Below, in pieces: positions 24,204 to 38,327 of a stretch of 64,000 bases of DNA. Within the stretch, counting starts at the first letter, position 1. Each line of letters begins with the position of its first letter. The translations under genes and the position numbers were made by a program. Source of the DNA: Lama glama (Eukaryota); NCBI GenBank assembly GCA_028534125.1, contig CM052816.1, positions 76,076,001 through 76,140,000 of the forward strand, written 5' to 3'. The notes beneath the pieces were generated by a model. That model ran no database searches, had not been told where the DNA came from, and worked only from the letters and a program-made list of their open reading frames with translations.

Positions 24204-24661
24204 TATGATGGGCTGAAATGGTAGCCCCCACAGAAGATATGTCCAGGTTCTGGTCCCCAGAACTTGTGTATGTGGCCTTATTTGGGGAAGTCTTTGCAGA
24301 TGTAATTAAAGTAAGCAGCTTGAGAGGAGTAGTTTATCCTGGATTATTCAGGATATGCAACCACAAGTATCCTTAGAAGAGAGGCAGTGAGGAGAAGACA
24401 CAGAGAAGAGGAGGGAGCAGTGTGGCCACAAGGCAGAGACTGGAGTGAGGCAGCCATAATCCAGTGAGTGCCGAGAGCCACCAGAAGCTCAGAGAGGCGA
24501 GGAAGAATTCTCCCTGAGAGCCTTTGCAGGGGGCGTGGCCCTGCTGACACTTTGATTTCAGTCTTCTGGCTTCCAAAACGGTGAGAGAATAAATATCTGT
24601 TGTTTTAAACCACCCAGTTTGTGGTAATTTGTTACACTGTCCACAAGAAACGCTGCATACA
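24204..24661 (+). mobile_element. MaLR solo LTR (MLT1C-like)
   Basis: tctttgcagatgtaattaaag, ggccctgctgacactttgatttcag, gagagaataaat...ttttaaaccacccagtttgtggtaatttgttac. Confidence 0.88.
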
Positions 24662-24854
24662 ACTTCCTTTTGACTTTCTCATTTGCCCCATTTTAATTTT
24701 TCTGTCCTTTAGTGCACTTGCTTATTTATGCGTCCCATCCAAATAATCTCCATCTCTTTCTCTATCTCTCTCCCTCTCATTGTCATATTATTGCCAAGAC
24801 AAATGGTATACTGATAATTACTGCATAAGGTTATTATTGGACTAAGTCAACTAA

Positions 24855-25032
24855 CTGTGCTTTAAACTTTGATAGACATGCAAATCAATTGGGGATTTTA
24901 TTAAAAATGCGGATTCCTGAACTCTGCCCTAAGACATTTCTGATTTTATTGGTCTGGGATGAGACCTGGGAACCCAAGACCCTGAGAGATTCTTAAATAG
25001 ATGGCCATCGATTCACACTTTGGAAAACATTA
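24855..25032. mobile_element. MER5-like hAT MITE
   Basis: ttaaaaatgcggattcctg...ggtctgggatgagacctgggaa...cacactttggaaaac. Confidence 0.65.
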
Positions 25033-26089
25033 AAGCAGGACTCCCTTAGTCTACAAAAACTGATACAGATTTGTGGCATAGAATTACAAGGCCAAAAGCC
25101 CATCCCAATCTAGTGAGTACTGTCTATAGAATACTAAAGCCCAGGCCTCTGTTGGTGAAAATATAGTGACATCAAAAGGATTTAGTTAGATATACATCTA
25201 ACAATGCACAACAGGCCATTCGAGGATACCTGAGTGTTTTCCTTAACACTGAGTTGAAAGCCAAGAGGGGCCAGCGTGCCATTTTCCAGCACATCCCTTA
25301 TTGCCAGTGCCTGGGAGAGAAGACTGGGCAGGGCTGCCTGGGCCCCTCAAGGGGGAATGGCTCTGTCAGTTTTGCCCCACAATGGGGCAGTCCCTACCAT
25401 CTATTTCATTTGGGAACTCTGAACACAGTCCAAAGGAAAGACTGGCTCTGGAATTCTGAATGGGCTCTGGCTAGAAGCAAACCCAGCACAGTTTTTCAGT
25501 CCTCCTCCGCATACCTGGGAGTTTTTTTGAGGTCACTCGGTTTTCTGAGCTGTTACCTGAGGCCACTCAGCCAAGAGGGTGTCCAGCTTTCACACTTTGA
25601 CTGGCTGGAAACTCTACTACCTCAGAGATAAAGTGGAGGCTGAAGAGGGTCTTCAGTTTGTGCCTAGAGCAGGGCACAGTCTGCCCCTTGTGGCTGTGAT
25701 GGAGAGTGTAGAGTCTGTCTTTTTTTTTTTTGTCTTTGTCTTGGATAAATGGAATAAGTATACTCTCATGAATTAGAAATGCTGATTAGGTAAGTCTCCT
25801 GTAAGGAACCCATCACATCTTGTCTTATGCTTTCTGGATGCCTCCAGCTCATACTCCCCTTATCTCCTTTCTGCCTCCTCAGAGCTTTGGTTTGGTTCCT
25901 TGATGACACCCTGACTTGACCTGTCCTTTCATCATTCTGTATGCTCTGCTGAAGCTGCTCCTTTAGCCCTGGGTTTCTGCCTTTCGCAGCAACAGAGTAA
26001 GTACAAAACAACTTCATTAAAAGTTGATTTAAAATCTTGGTCTCTTAAAAGCTGAACTTTTAAATACGATGTTTTCTACCTACCATTGA

Positions 26090-26246
26090 GCAATGGCTCT
26101 CAAACCTTAGCTGAAGGGTTTGTTATAACAGAGATTGCTGGGTCCACTCCCCAGAGTTTCTGCTTTTAACTCTTGGAATTTTCATTTTTATCAAGTTTCC
26201 CAGTTGCTACTGCTGACCCAGGGACCGTCCTTGGGGAGCCATTGCT
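26090..26246. mobile_element. MER5A-like hAT MITE
   Basis: caatggctctcaaacctt...acagagattgctgggtccactccccagagtttctg...ttggggagccattg. Confidence 0.65.
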
Positions 26247-29200
26247 CTAGAGAATGTAATCTTTTTTTCTTCATTTGTTTCCTATTACATGATATATGTC
26301 TACGTATTATATTTTTTGAGAGGTTAAATGATGTCTTTGTTTACAACCCAAGTACAAACTTCACAACTGGTTAGGAAACCAAGCAATGTGATAACCACTT
26401 CTACTAAGTGTTATGATGCTTTAAAAACAGTCCCCCATGATGGAGAGCTCAGCTGTGAACTGTGGTTCATTTGAAACTTGGTAGGTGCCTATGGGTCATG
26501 CTCAGCTTTCCAAGTCATGCTTTTTGACTTAGAATCATTTCCTCCCAGGATACCACTTTAAACCCATATTATTTGTCCTGATCATGTTTCTCTTTGCTTC
26601 CCTCATGTCCTCAGAAAGTCATCTTCAGCATCCCATGGCCAGGAAATCTCATGGCTTGGGAAAAATTAAAAATGGCCTCCCTCCCACCCACTACCTGTTT
26701 TGAAGCACAGGCATATAATGTTGTAATAGGTGTTGTGCAAGTTTGTTTTAGCTCCATGGCCTTTGAGGCTCTTCAGGTTAACATTACCTGCGTTTCCTTA
26801 GTCTCCTAAATGTAATGAGCTAGATGGCAGAACTTTTGATATTTGAGAACCCTACCTCTTTGAAAGAGAAAAAGGTATTCTAAGCTGGAAAATATATCTT
26901 CACTTGGATGAGTGGAGCAGAGTTGGGATGATAAGTTTTGGTTAATCTATTGTGGGAGCTTCACCCAGCTCTCAACACTAATATTTTGAAGTCCTTGTTC
27001 CTTACTCAGCTTTACAGTGCGAGCTCGATCCCAGATAAGCCTGTCTCCTCAACTTTAACAGTGTCTGCGTAGTAGATCAGATGTTGTGAGGTTTCTTCTT
27101 TTCCCTGAATTCCTCTTGAACCGAATGCCCTTGCCACTTGTTGCTCAATGTTTGATTCTACTTTCTTTACATGTAGGAGGCTTGCTGGCTCCACTGTCTG
27201 CACATAGTAGGCTTTGTAAGGATGATTTTGTGAATTTTCAGTTGGTTCTTTTCTCCCCTATCATGAGACTAAAACAGTCAAATCAGGACACTAAAACAAT
27301 TCAAAGAAAATAAGCGAAACAGCAGAGAAACACTAATATGGTAATTAACAAGTGGAAAAGAAGCAAAACTCTTTTAAAAAAAGACAGCTTGTTTGGAAAA
27401 AGTTGTGGGAACAGCCACTTGACAAACTATTATCCATATGCTCTGAACTAATAAAACTATTCCTGGGTTGTTTTTCATTGAGAAGATGAAAGGAGGAGAT
27501 TGCAAAAGAAAAAAGGAAGAAAAACTACTACAGGACAAAGCTCCTGACATTCTAAGTTTTGTAAAAGAAATTAACACCATAGGAATGTTTTAAACAGAGC
27601 CTTTTCTCCTTCTCCTGTCTCAAATCCTTTATACCCCAGGAAATGGTGATACAAATTTCAGAGTTGTAGTGCATGGGTTTTGCTTTGTTTTGCTTTGCTT
27701 TAAATAATTTGTAATTAGGGAGATTTCTTTGTTTAGTACAATCTGTCCAGCCAATAACGTCCATGTGCCAAAAGTAGCATGGCCTCCTTGGGCTTTGTAA
27801 TAGGGAGTAGTAATTAGAACTGGATGAATCCCATTTAACATTGCGGTCTGATTTCAGGCCCATGCCTTATTCTTCAAATTCACAGAAAAGTTAAATTGGT
27901 ACAAAAATAACTTCTCTTGAAACATTTGCTCCCTGGACTTGACATTTTGGTATTTTGGTTCTTCTGATGTTTAGCCTCATATACTGAGGAGTAAGTAACA
28001 ATGGGAACCTTTCTGAGAACACCACATGAACATGGTAATTTATAAAGTAGGAGCTGCTGAGTGTCCAGGAGTCTCCATATTAGGCTCTTGGAGTACAGTC
28101 CCAACATCTGTGATTTTGATCTGTTAACTGGGGGTCTGAATCGGTGAAAGTTCGTTCCATCATATGTGAAAGCTGTCTTCACATTTAGCAGTGGTTGGAC
28201 AGTTGGCTAACGGAAAGATTTAAATTTTGTGTACATTTGTGTGTATCTGTGTGTATACAATTTAAAAATAACAATTACAAATGACATTGTGCTTGAGAAA
28301 GTCTTTAGAGTAAAATACCCGTAGAATTAAAAAAAAAAAAGCTAAAATGCCACAGCTAAAAGTGACCTTAGAGTTCTTGTTTTAATCCCCCTGCCACTCA
28401 TTATAGGTTAAAAAAAAGTCAAGAAAGGGGAAATGATTTGTTTAGGATCCTACAGTTTTTACCACTTCCTATTTAGATCCCCAATAGGATTTCAATGACT
28501 GTCACTCACTACTGTATCATTGCCAACACTTTTTAAAAATGAGGGAGTAAAGAGGGCTGAGAATCAGGCTGAAGAGTACAAATGAAGACAATTAGTTGCT
28601 GCAGAAAGAGTTCCATTTATCAGCAGGAACCTACATAGTAGTGGCAAGAAGAATGTTCTTTAACTGGTTGCTCTCCACCTCCACCCCACCTTACCCAGCG
28701 GGCTACAGAAGTGATCGCTGGTAGAGACAGTCCGTACTACCCCAGGAAAGCAGTGCTCTTTGATCTCATCCTCATGCTTGTTGCTTGTTCTCATTTACCA
28801 AGATATCTAAAGCTTTTTTTTTTCCCCTCCCAAGGGTCAGAAATGTTCACTCCCATTTAAAATGATTTTTTGGGGGGTTAACAGTTGCATATCCGAGACA
28901 AGATAAGAAAATGCTTTCATACAGGTCAAAATGTAAAAAGATGAACCTATCTTAGGATACAAGGAGAGATTCTGACTGTTTTTCCGATGACAGTGAACCA
29001 AAAGTGAGATGGAGGGGAGGAGTCATGACAACCAAGTTAACACACACAAAAATTTAAAAAGATATCAGAAAAGCAATCTGAACCTATGGCTTCATTCAGT
29101 ACTTTTCTCAGCCTTTGGAGCCTTTGACAATTTTTTTCTCACCAAATGTAAGAAAAGGATAGTCTTTCAGAACAGAGAACAAAATATCTTTCCTAAAACA

Positions 29201-29804
29201 TTAGATTAAGCAGGCTGACTAGGGATCAAAGCAATTCTTAATGGGGCACTAGATTGATGATACAGTTCCCTAGCGATATTTGGGATTACTGAGAAAAGAA
29301 GCTCTTTTTTGGCTCCAAAAAAATTACTGAATTTTTTTATTTGAATTTGAGCTAAGGTCAAGATAACCCAGCATCATCCTGGAATAAATGATTTAATTTC
29401 TTCAAGCAACTTTTGTCTAAAAAGCTTTGAATAAACTAATAATAACAGTATATAATTAGTAAATAGATATTTTAGGAAACCTAAAAGATTTAGGGGACAT
29501 GAAATTTCCTGAAAGGAAATTTAGGAAATTAATGGAATAAACTATCTTCATTTGTAAACTATAATACGGAAGTTAAGAACTGTGTGGACAAAACATTCTT
29601 AAATTTGGAAACTTTTAGTATGATGGCAAAAGGTGAATTAAAGTACTCTTGATAAAGGAAATGGGAGAAACTGCAGTAAATGAGAGTGCATTATTTTCCT
29701 AGGATTACAGTGCACAGACTACAACAAGCGTCTGGGGCCATCTTCCAGTAAGAGTTCATGGAAAGTCTGTATGCAAAGCAATTGAAGTGATGACAGAAAC
29801 TCTC

Positions 29805-30035
29805 ACTTCCTGGCATTTGCTATGGACCAAGTTCTGGGTTAAGGATTTTACAAATGATATTTACTATAACCCTGTGACAATCCAGTAGGTCAGGTGTTTT
29901 CACTTCTATTTTACAGGTAAAGGAAATGGAGGCTTAGAAAGTTTAAGTAACACATCTGAGGTCTTAGAGCTAGTGAGTAGGAACTAGAATTTTAACCCAT
30001 ATCTATCTAATGCCACATCTTTTACTTTAACCACT
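29805..30035 (-). mobile_element. MIR SINE
   Basis: ctattttacaggtaaaggaaatggaggcttagaaagtttaagtaac core. Confidence 0.7.
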
Positions 30036-31134
30036 GGATTGCTTTTTCTCCATCATTTCCTTTAATTGTGTCTTAAGAAAGTTCAATCCAAACAACTGTC
30101 AGGAAACTGTATATCTTGGAAATTAAGCCAATTCTCCTTTTTAATTTATTTGTATGAGTTAAGTCTGATGGTTACTGATCAAAACACTGTAATCCTGAAA
30201 TCAGACTGAGAGTTAAAATCAATTTTAATTAGATGAAACTTTACATACTATACAAGAAAATATACAAAGCTTAGCATTTTAAAAATGCTGTCCATCTAAA
30301 TTTTAGCATTTTATAGTATAAGGACATTTATATGAGAGTACTCTTCTTAGAAATATGTTGTGCTTTTCAAAGATTTCGTGTTTACTAGCATAAGCATATT
30401 TATATTAGATTAGCGTTCCATTGGTTTCAAATATTTGCTTTTTGCTTCAGTGAATGCCTGTTAATCACATTAGAAGTCTGTTTTTGACATTTGCTATTTA
30501 ACAAGCCCATTATTTGGCAGCTAATATCTTAAAAGTGACCAGTTTAAGAACTGATTGTGACTTGGGTAGTTCTTCTGAACAAATGAGGTTATTATATCCT
30601 CTGTAATTGGCTCAAAACACAGCTTGTATTTTATTTACAAGGTGACAGTTGACACCAGTTGTTTGATGAATGCCAGTCTGATGAGAAAACTACTGCCACT
30701 TGAACCATGTAAGCCCCAAATTAAAGAGAAGCACCGCTTTTCATATGTCCCATGAGGATACAGCTTGAACAAGAGGGCTCTCATTTGGCTCTGGTGATGT
30801 GGTTCATGGTTCACTTTTAAAACTGAGAAGATCCTAACCAACTGCCTATCCTTTATGAAATCTTTTACAAGTTTACAAATTCATTGCTTCCTGAAGCATG
30901 TTGGTAAGTGGAAGATCACACAAGTGTAAGCTCGTGGAGTAAATGTTAGAAAGATGCGCGATGATTTGGGGTTCCAGAGCAAAGAGGGGCTGAGTCTCCC
31001 AGTGACACTGGGGAAAGGATTACAAAGAGGATAGTATTTGCTCTGGGTTTGAAGAGTTTTGTGAAATATACTGGGAGAGCGAGGCCACCACACTTCAGGA
31101 GAATTTGCTATTGAGAAATTTGAATTGATAGATT

Positions 31135-31311
31135 CTTTCCTTCCTTCCTTCCTTCCTTCCTTCCTTCCTTCTTCCTTCCTTCCTTCCTTCCTCCCTTCCT
31201 TCCTTCCTTCCTTCCTTCCTTCCTTCCTTCCTTCTTCCTTCCTTCCTTCCTTCCTTCCTCCTTTCCTTCTTTCCTTCTCTCTCTCTCTTCCTTCCTTCCT
31301 TTTTTTTTTTT
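31135..31311. repeat. (CCTT)n microsatellite plus poly-T
   Basis: Directly visible. Confidence 0.97.
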
Positions 31312-32777
31312 ACTTTTCTAGTGGAAATTAACCTTTATGTATTCTTTCCACACAGAGAACATTTTCATCTACTTTTTTCCACTTATCCCCATTGAATGTA
31401 TGTTGGGCACGCCCAGGCCTCGGCTCTTAGGCCTCTGTCATTCCATAGACATCCCAAGCCCCTGGAAATAAAATGAAGACCAGGCAGTGTGAACAGTCTG
31501 TGCCACGGGTAGCATCTCTTTTTTGCATGTCCTTATTTCAGGAGAAAAGAGGGGTATTCTGGGGGACTTTTGGCTTACAAGTCAGCATCACTCAAGTGAA
31601 AATGATATTAAATCCATTGACAGTTTAGTTCTCTGCTAAGTCATGACAATTCCTTGAATCATTTATTATTCCAAACCAGGCCACCCGCCTAGAAAATAAT
31701 CAAGTTGTACAAAGCTCTATAATTCACCTCCTTAGTCTTCTGGGTCTCAATGGGTTTTTAGGGACTGTAGCAAACAAGCTGGAATGCAGGCACTAGATTA
31801 CCACATTTGCTTGGCTTAGCATCAAAGCAGGTGATGACTATATGCCTCTACCCACCACCACTGGCCAGGAAGATCTTGTGTGCACACAGTATACTCATCT
31901 CCTAATTCACAGGGTACACTAAATTCTGGACTGTGACTTGAAAGGGAGATGACTCTTATCTCAGCCATGAGCTTCATTTTTTTTAAGGACTTGAAAGAAG
32001 AATTATATACCTCAGAGGGTTCAGATAGTTATTAGTAATAAACCAATGTAATAAACTTACAATTTGACATATTATAAGAAGAAAAAACATTTTACCATTG
32101 GGCCAACTTTTCCTGGTGGAACCACTCAGAGAGATTTTGGAAGCAATTGAGATTTACCTAATAATTGCAGCTCTTCATCTTTTTTTTTTTTTAATGAACT
32201 GTGATACATATGCTTTTGCATGTGAAATACTCTCATGGGTAGATGTAGATTTGGAAGTTGAATTGCTACTTAAATAGAAGAGACTTTGGATGAGGCACAA
32301 ACTATATGCTCTAATCTCTACTCCTTTTTCAAAACTCATTTTCCACATACCCGTGTTATTTCAATATCCCAGTCAAGGAGAACTGATTGTAAAGCAGTGA
32401 AGATTTTGTTCTTTGCAACCCTAGTGTTTCTGGCTAATCTAAAGACCTAGGACACATATCCAATGATATAAGTAGAGGCGACAGGGTGGATAGTGAGTAA
32501 GTGTCAGTATGTGTTTTCTGCTTGCAATGAAAGTTCTTGAGAAAAATGTGAGGTGAGGTAGAGGGTATATGGTGGTGCCCCCCTTGCAGGGTACACACAT
32601 GGAAGTATTATTGAACATATTTACATATGAAGTGTAGCAGAATAAAAAAGGTGGAAACCCACTACTAAAAGGATTATCTTTAAAAAGATCATGAGCTCAA
32701 TTAAGACTGTAGTGATGTATTCAAGAGAGTCATCTCACTGGTTTTTTGACAATCTGGGCTTGTCTTTGTAAACTATT

Positions 32778-33762
32778 TTTTTTCATTTTTCAGTTTTAAT
32801 AGGTAGAATTGTTACAGTTTGACTGCACGTATACAATATGTTGCATGTAAATACATATAAACAATATACTGCACATATTTTTTAAATTTACAAATATGTA
32901 CTACTCATTGTTTCTAAAAATGTTTGGAGCTATAGCTTTTTAAACTTACATAGTTATCAAAGGAATAAAGCCAACCACAAAATAAGAATTAATTTAAAAA
33001 GATACATACACCCCACTATTAACAGCAATATTCCTTATAATTCCCAAGATATGGAAGCATCCTAAGTGCACATCAATAGATGAATAGATAAAGAAGATGC
33101 AGCATATATATGTAATGGAATACAACTCACTCATAAGAAAGAAAGGTATTTTGCCATTTGAGGCCCTTCATTCACTTTCTTTTTCACTTCAAAAACCAGA
33201 AATTTATAACTGGCATAAACATTTCCATTGCATCAAAAACAACAAAATACCTAGAAATAAACTTAACCAAGGAGGTTACCTATACTCTGAAAACTATAAA
33301 ACACTGATGAAGAAAATTGAAGATGATACAAAGAAATGGAAAGAAATCTTATGCTCTTGGGTTGGAAGAATCAACATTATCAAAATGGGCTTACTACCCA
33401 AAGCAATCTACAGAGCCAATGCAACCCCTGTCAAAATACTCATGACATTCTTCACAGAACTAGAACAAACAATTCCAAAATGTATATCAAACCATCGAAA
33501 ACTCTGAACTGCCAAAGCAATCTTTTGTAGGTCTTTGTTTTTTTTCCCTTTCCTCTTTTTGTTCACTTTTCTTATGATTTGATGACTAGAGAAGTTCCTT
33601 TAACATTTATTGTAAAGCTGGTTTGGTGGTGCTGAAATCTTTTAGCTTTTGTTTATCTGTGAAGCTTTTGATTTCTCCATCAAATCTGAACGAGAGCCTT
33701 GCTTGATAGACTATTCTTGGTTGTAAGTTTTTCCCTTTCATCACTTTAAACATATCATGCCA
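32778..33762 (-). mobile_element. chimeric L1-derived retroelement (HAL1-like): ORF1 C-terminus, antisense ORF2 pieces, non-L1 3' end and A-tail
   Basis: Perfect 18-bp TSD TTGTCTTTGTAAACTATT at 32760-32777 and 33763-33780. Minus 33762-33586 = WHDMFKVMKGKNLQPRIVYQARLSFRFDGEIKSFTDKQKLKDFSTTKPALQ*MLKELL* (L1 ORF1p CTD). ATTAAA precedes the tail. Confidence 0.85.
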
Positions 33763-34051
33763 TTGTCTTTGTAAACTATTAATGGGTCAGACTTGGTCTC
33801 TGGGGCCAGCATGTGGAGAACAATTTAATTGTAGGACTCTGTGAAGAAAAGAAGAGATGTTAGGATTATACATAAAAGCGGCCTAGAATTTTAGCACTTT
33901 TTTTTTTTTTTGCATTTAGTAAATAGAAATGTAGCTTTCTACGGATCAGTATCCCAAAATATACAGTCTTTTGAGAAGGAGTTCTACTGTGTCGTCTCTA
34001 ATTTTTTAAATATTTAAAAAGATATAATTAACAGAGTTTTTTGTAGTTTTT

Positions 34052-34080
34052 TTGTTGTTGTTGTTGTTGTTGTTGTTGTT
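34052..34080. repeat. (TTG)n microsatellite
   Basis: Directly visible. Confidence 0.9.
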
Positions 34081-35629
34081 CTTATTGTTTTTGGCCACTC
34101 TGAGGACAGGCTAATTTTCATCTTTCAGTATGTATGCATGTTGTCAAAAGGCTTTAACTAGTATTACATAAATACTAAGAAAATTGGAGTTGAGCATCAT
34201 GAAACTTGGATTTTAGTCATGAATAAATTTATCCAATACTTACTGAACACCTACTCCATTCTACGTTGTGGAAACAAGGATAGGTCAGACCAGTCCCTGT
34301 CTTCAGAGGAAGTATAACCTTAATGAGGTGGGTCAATGTGTCAGAAGAAGAAATTAGATACAATCCATGAGGGAAATATAGTGTTAGAGGCACACACAGC
34401 ATCTTATAAGGCTTCAGATAAGGAGGTTAAACTGGCTTGGGTCAGTGCTTTTTGTGTCACTTTCACATCTATATATTTTCTTGAATACTTTAAAGCGCTT
34501 TCAGATATAATCCCATTTCTTATACTTGTATCAGGAATTAGCCTCATGACATTGCTAAAGCTTCTCTGAGCATTCATTTTTTTATAAGTAAAAGTGAAGG
34601 GATTTTTCAGCCTTTCTAAGTCTCCTCTAGTTCTAAAACTTTAAGAAGATGTAGATAAAATGAAATTAGTTATTCTGAGCCGTATTTTGCAACTGTGCTC
34701 ATACTCAACCCCTGAAACCTAAAATCAGTAAGCTCTAAACTTAAAAGTAATGTTGAGAAGGGCCAGAACATATGCTGTTGCTTCAAGGGCCACTGTGTTT
34801 TTCTTTACATGTGTCTGGACTTTCAAGAGTGGCCAGTGAGATCAGTTCTTAGTTCTACATTAGCTGTTTTTGAATGAGAGCAGTGAAGATACCCCTTTAG
34901 CAATTAAAGTTTAAAGCTTTTTGGTGTTTGTGTTAGGGAGAAGCTAGATTTTCTGGTCTTTCTGATATCATCATCCACTAGTTTCCCATCAGTCTTCCAC
35001 AAGAGAGCTAGTCTTTCTTTTCAGGGTTTACAATTCCAAATTACCTATTTACTTATACCAGAAAACAGTCATATTATATACTTCGTTGGAAGAATTTTTC
35101 TGGACCAGTTAACTCTATCATGGGTAGAAATGGATGCCAGTCTTGCTTTCTTTTCTTTCTAATCAAACTTATATTAATATGACATTTCAATAGCTGTTTT
35201 ACTCAGACCCTAATTTTCTTTGCTTTCATCTTTTCCTTGCAACTCTATGTCAAAACCCTAACCCGGGTGAACCAAACTGTGTTCTTCTGTCTATGCCTAA
35301 GAAAAAACTTTGCTCTTCAAGATTGGACCCCAGCCCTTTGCACCCACTCTGTACTTTCAGCAGATGTCCTTTTCTCTTCTCTAGTGAAACAGAAACCATT
35401 AGATGAGGAATCTCTCTCTTATGCACTTCCATCCATACCTCTACTCTTTCTTCTCTTTGGTTATATTCAACTGCTTTCCCCTTCTATCTCTTGTCTAAGG
35501 TTTCTCCTTTCCATTTTGTTTGTCTCCCCCTACCTTCCAGAGAAACTTAACCTGTTGATTTTACTGCACTTTCTTGAGTATTTACACTTTGTCCTCCACT
35601 GTATTCTTACTGGCAGCTATTAATTATTC

Positions 35630-36390
35630 TCAGGTCCATTCACCTCTTAAAAAAACATTTCATCCATCTCATCCTATAGACTCTCCCGACTGTCATCCTT
35701 ACTTCCCCTTCATTTCCATCCTATCTCTTAATAGAGTTTGAGTCTACCCAGTTTTCTTTCCTCATTTCTCAACTCACGCACTCCTTAAGCTATTCCAATC
35801 TGACTCTGGCTAAGTTTGCCAGTCCCCTTCATGTTGAAAAAGCAATGGACATTTTCAGTTATTTTTAATTGCCTCAGCATCATCTGACATCACTGACTAC
35901 TCATTTATTGAAATTAACTTTTTCTTGGTTACTGAGTTAATGTATCCTGGTTTTCCCTCCTACTTCTTTGGCATTTCATGTCACATCTTCATTATGGGCA
36001 TATTCACCTCACATTAACCATTAATTATTCAAGTTCTTCAAATCTCATTTGTAGACCATTTTCTTTTCCTATTCTATTCTCTTAAGAAATCTTATCCTCA
36101 TCCATGGCTTCAGTGACCATATACCTATATGCTGATGACTGCTAAATTTGTTTTTCTAGCCCAGACCTATTTTCTAACCATCACCCATACATTTAGGCAT
36201 GCCCCAGATCTAAGAATCAGCTTGTCACTTTCCCCTACCACCCAGCATACATCCAGTGTATTGCCTAGTTCATCTACAAATAAATAATCATTCTATAGTA
36301 TCTCTATTCAAGTCTATTTATATCATCAGAACCTTGGTTTAAGTTGCCATTTTTCTTTGCCTAGACAACTGTAATTAATGCCTCACTATT
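35630..36390 (+). mobile_element. L2 LINE remnant
   Basis: Degenerate L2 ORF motifs (attccaatctgact, cctcagcatcatctgacatcactgactactc, tatatgctgatgact = YADD). Confidence 0.7.
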
Positions 36391-38327
36391 GTCACTAAAT
36401 TTATGGATTACATGATGGTGTAACACAATGTGCAGTGGGACTTTTCTAATTGTTTTGGAATTTTTGCCAAAACCCCAAAGCTGAGAAAATTAGGTGAAAG
36501 GTACTCCTTAATTCTAATGTGCTGCTGGTTACCTCTGTAATTTGGTAGATAATCAACTCTGTGATACCATCTCTTACATAAGGGAACTCTTGAGTTTATT
36601 AAGGAAATTCAGAGATGAAGAGAGTATTTCTAGAACCCAAATACACTCAGCATGAGGATATTTTTCTTAGTTTTTGTGTTTATAAGTTTTCAGATTATTC
36701 AATTTGGCAGTGATATTGTAGATTATTAAAAAACGTCATGGTTATTTTAGAGCTAATTTTATTTGCTTACCTGTCTCCTCAGACTCTTGCCATTCCCCTT
36801 GACTGTAGGCTTTATCTGCCACTTCGAGTAGAGATTTTATTGCTTTTTCAGCTTCTGAAATTTTAGATTTTTTTTAACAGAGATTAACATGCCTTTCATA
36901 GGCAAAATCCACAGCCTCTCTTTACCTTAACCTTGCATACTTTCTAAAAATGGTGTAAGTATTCACCTTCTCACCATAACATGTATGTTAGGTCATGAAA
37001 GCAGCCAGAGAGGAGAAATTCCTCTTGAGACTTCAATTCCTCTATACATGATCTATCTTTGGCACTTTGACCATAAGAAGTGCCAACTCAGTTTATTTTC
37101 CAATAAACTATAATTTTCCAGAATTATCCAACAATTACACAGTTTTAAAAGTCATGTGAAAATACATCTCTTGTGTGCTTAATTGCACTCTTGTTGGGGT
37201 TACTGATTGTTTGACAATACAAGCACATTCTTCCCAGCATGGCCTCCGTAGAGAAGCTACATTCTCAGTTCCACAAGACTCACCTAGATAAAAGGGAAAA
37301 TTAGACACACTGAGCAAGGACAAGAAAATTGGAATTTAATGTTGATTCTTTCATATAGCCCAATCGTTTTGATCTTGTCTACTAAACCAGATGGCATTTG
37401 GAATATAAATTTTTCAAAAAGTACAAGTATCAAAGACATCTGCAAATGTGGGAGGTTGTAAAATGACTGCACATGTAATTTTTTCCAACCATAGGTGGTT
37501 CATAAATTGCAGTAAAATACATCAGTGTATTTTCCTGAAATAGATCACACTTATGAGGGTCTGTTTGATAAATTGGGCCATGTAGAGTGATTGCAAGAGA
37601 CAATGGAGAGTACATGGCAAGTGTCATTGTGGTTGTATAAAAGTTTTGTTTTAAGCACACAAAAATGAAAATTCTTAAAGAATTATTTGTGTTTTTCATG
37701 GTACTCACAGAATGGCATTAAGTCTCAGAACATGGCAGGGAGGTAAACAAGAGAAGGTACTAGCAAATTTCATAGCAACAAATGTTACATGAATAAGACT
37801 TATCAAATCACACTTATTTAATTTAAGGTGATTCAGAGATAAATCAGTATAAAAGATAGCATATTTATAATTTCAACTGTAATTTATTTTGAGTTGTCTC
37901 ATTATTTAAAAGTGCCAATTGAAATCATTAACACTGGATTTTTAAGACAAAGAAAAGTTTTCTATCAACTAGATTTTGTTCCTATTGAAGAAAGAACTAT
38001 ATAGATAATGTTATTAATACCTAAAATAGCATTTATGTCCTTGTCTTTTGTACCTCTAAAGAGATTACACTTCAGACACAATCTTTATAAACTGTAGCTC
38101 ATGCCAGGTGCACAGTTAGCTATTAACTGGAGATTTCAGGCAGCATAATCAATCAGAATAATTCATATCTAGAAGGAGAGGGAAACTCCTTCCTTTTATC
38201 AATCATCAAAGAAATTTAGGGTGGGGCAATATGTTTATTAACCTGAATTATTTGGATAATTGAGGTCTTTAAAATTGATTTGTGGAACTTTAGTGAAAAT
38301 GGCAGGTTAAAGACTTAAAAATTCCTT

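Noticed and set aside
25254..25631. 125-aa ORF in GC-richer unique sequence
   Set aside because: TTG start, no recognisable domain and no convincing flanking splice sites.
27012..27203. Protein-like 63-aa minus-strand ORF
   Set aside because: GTG start, no homolog recognised and no clear acceptor. The length is compatible with chance.
30642..30708. Possible plus-strand mini-exon (AAG acceptor, CAT|gtaagc donor)
   Set aside because: Isolated, weak acceptor and unrecognised peptide.
31125..31331. (LPSF)n ORF
   Set aside because: Translation of the (CCTT)n microsatellite.
35237..35623. 128-aa hydrophobic ORF
   Set aside because: Pyrimidine-rich, probably L2-derived or low-complexity sequence, with a TTG start.
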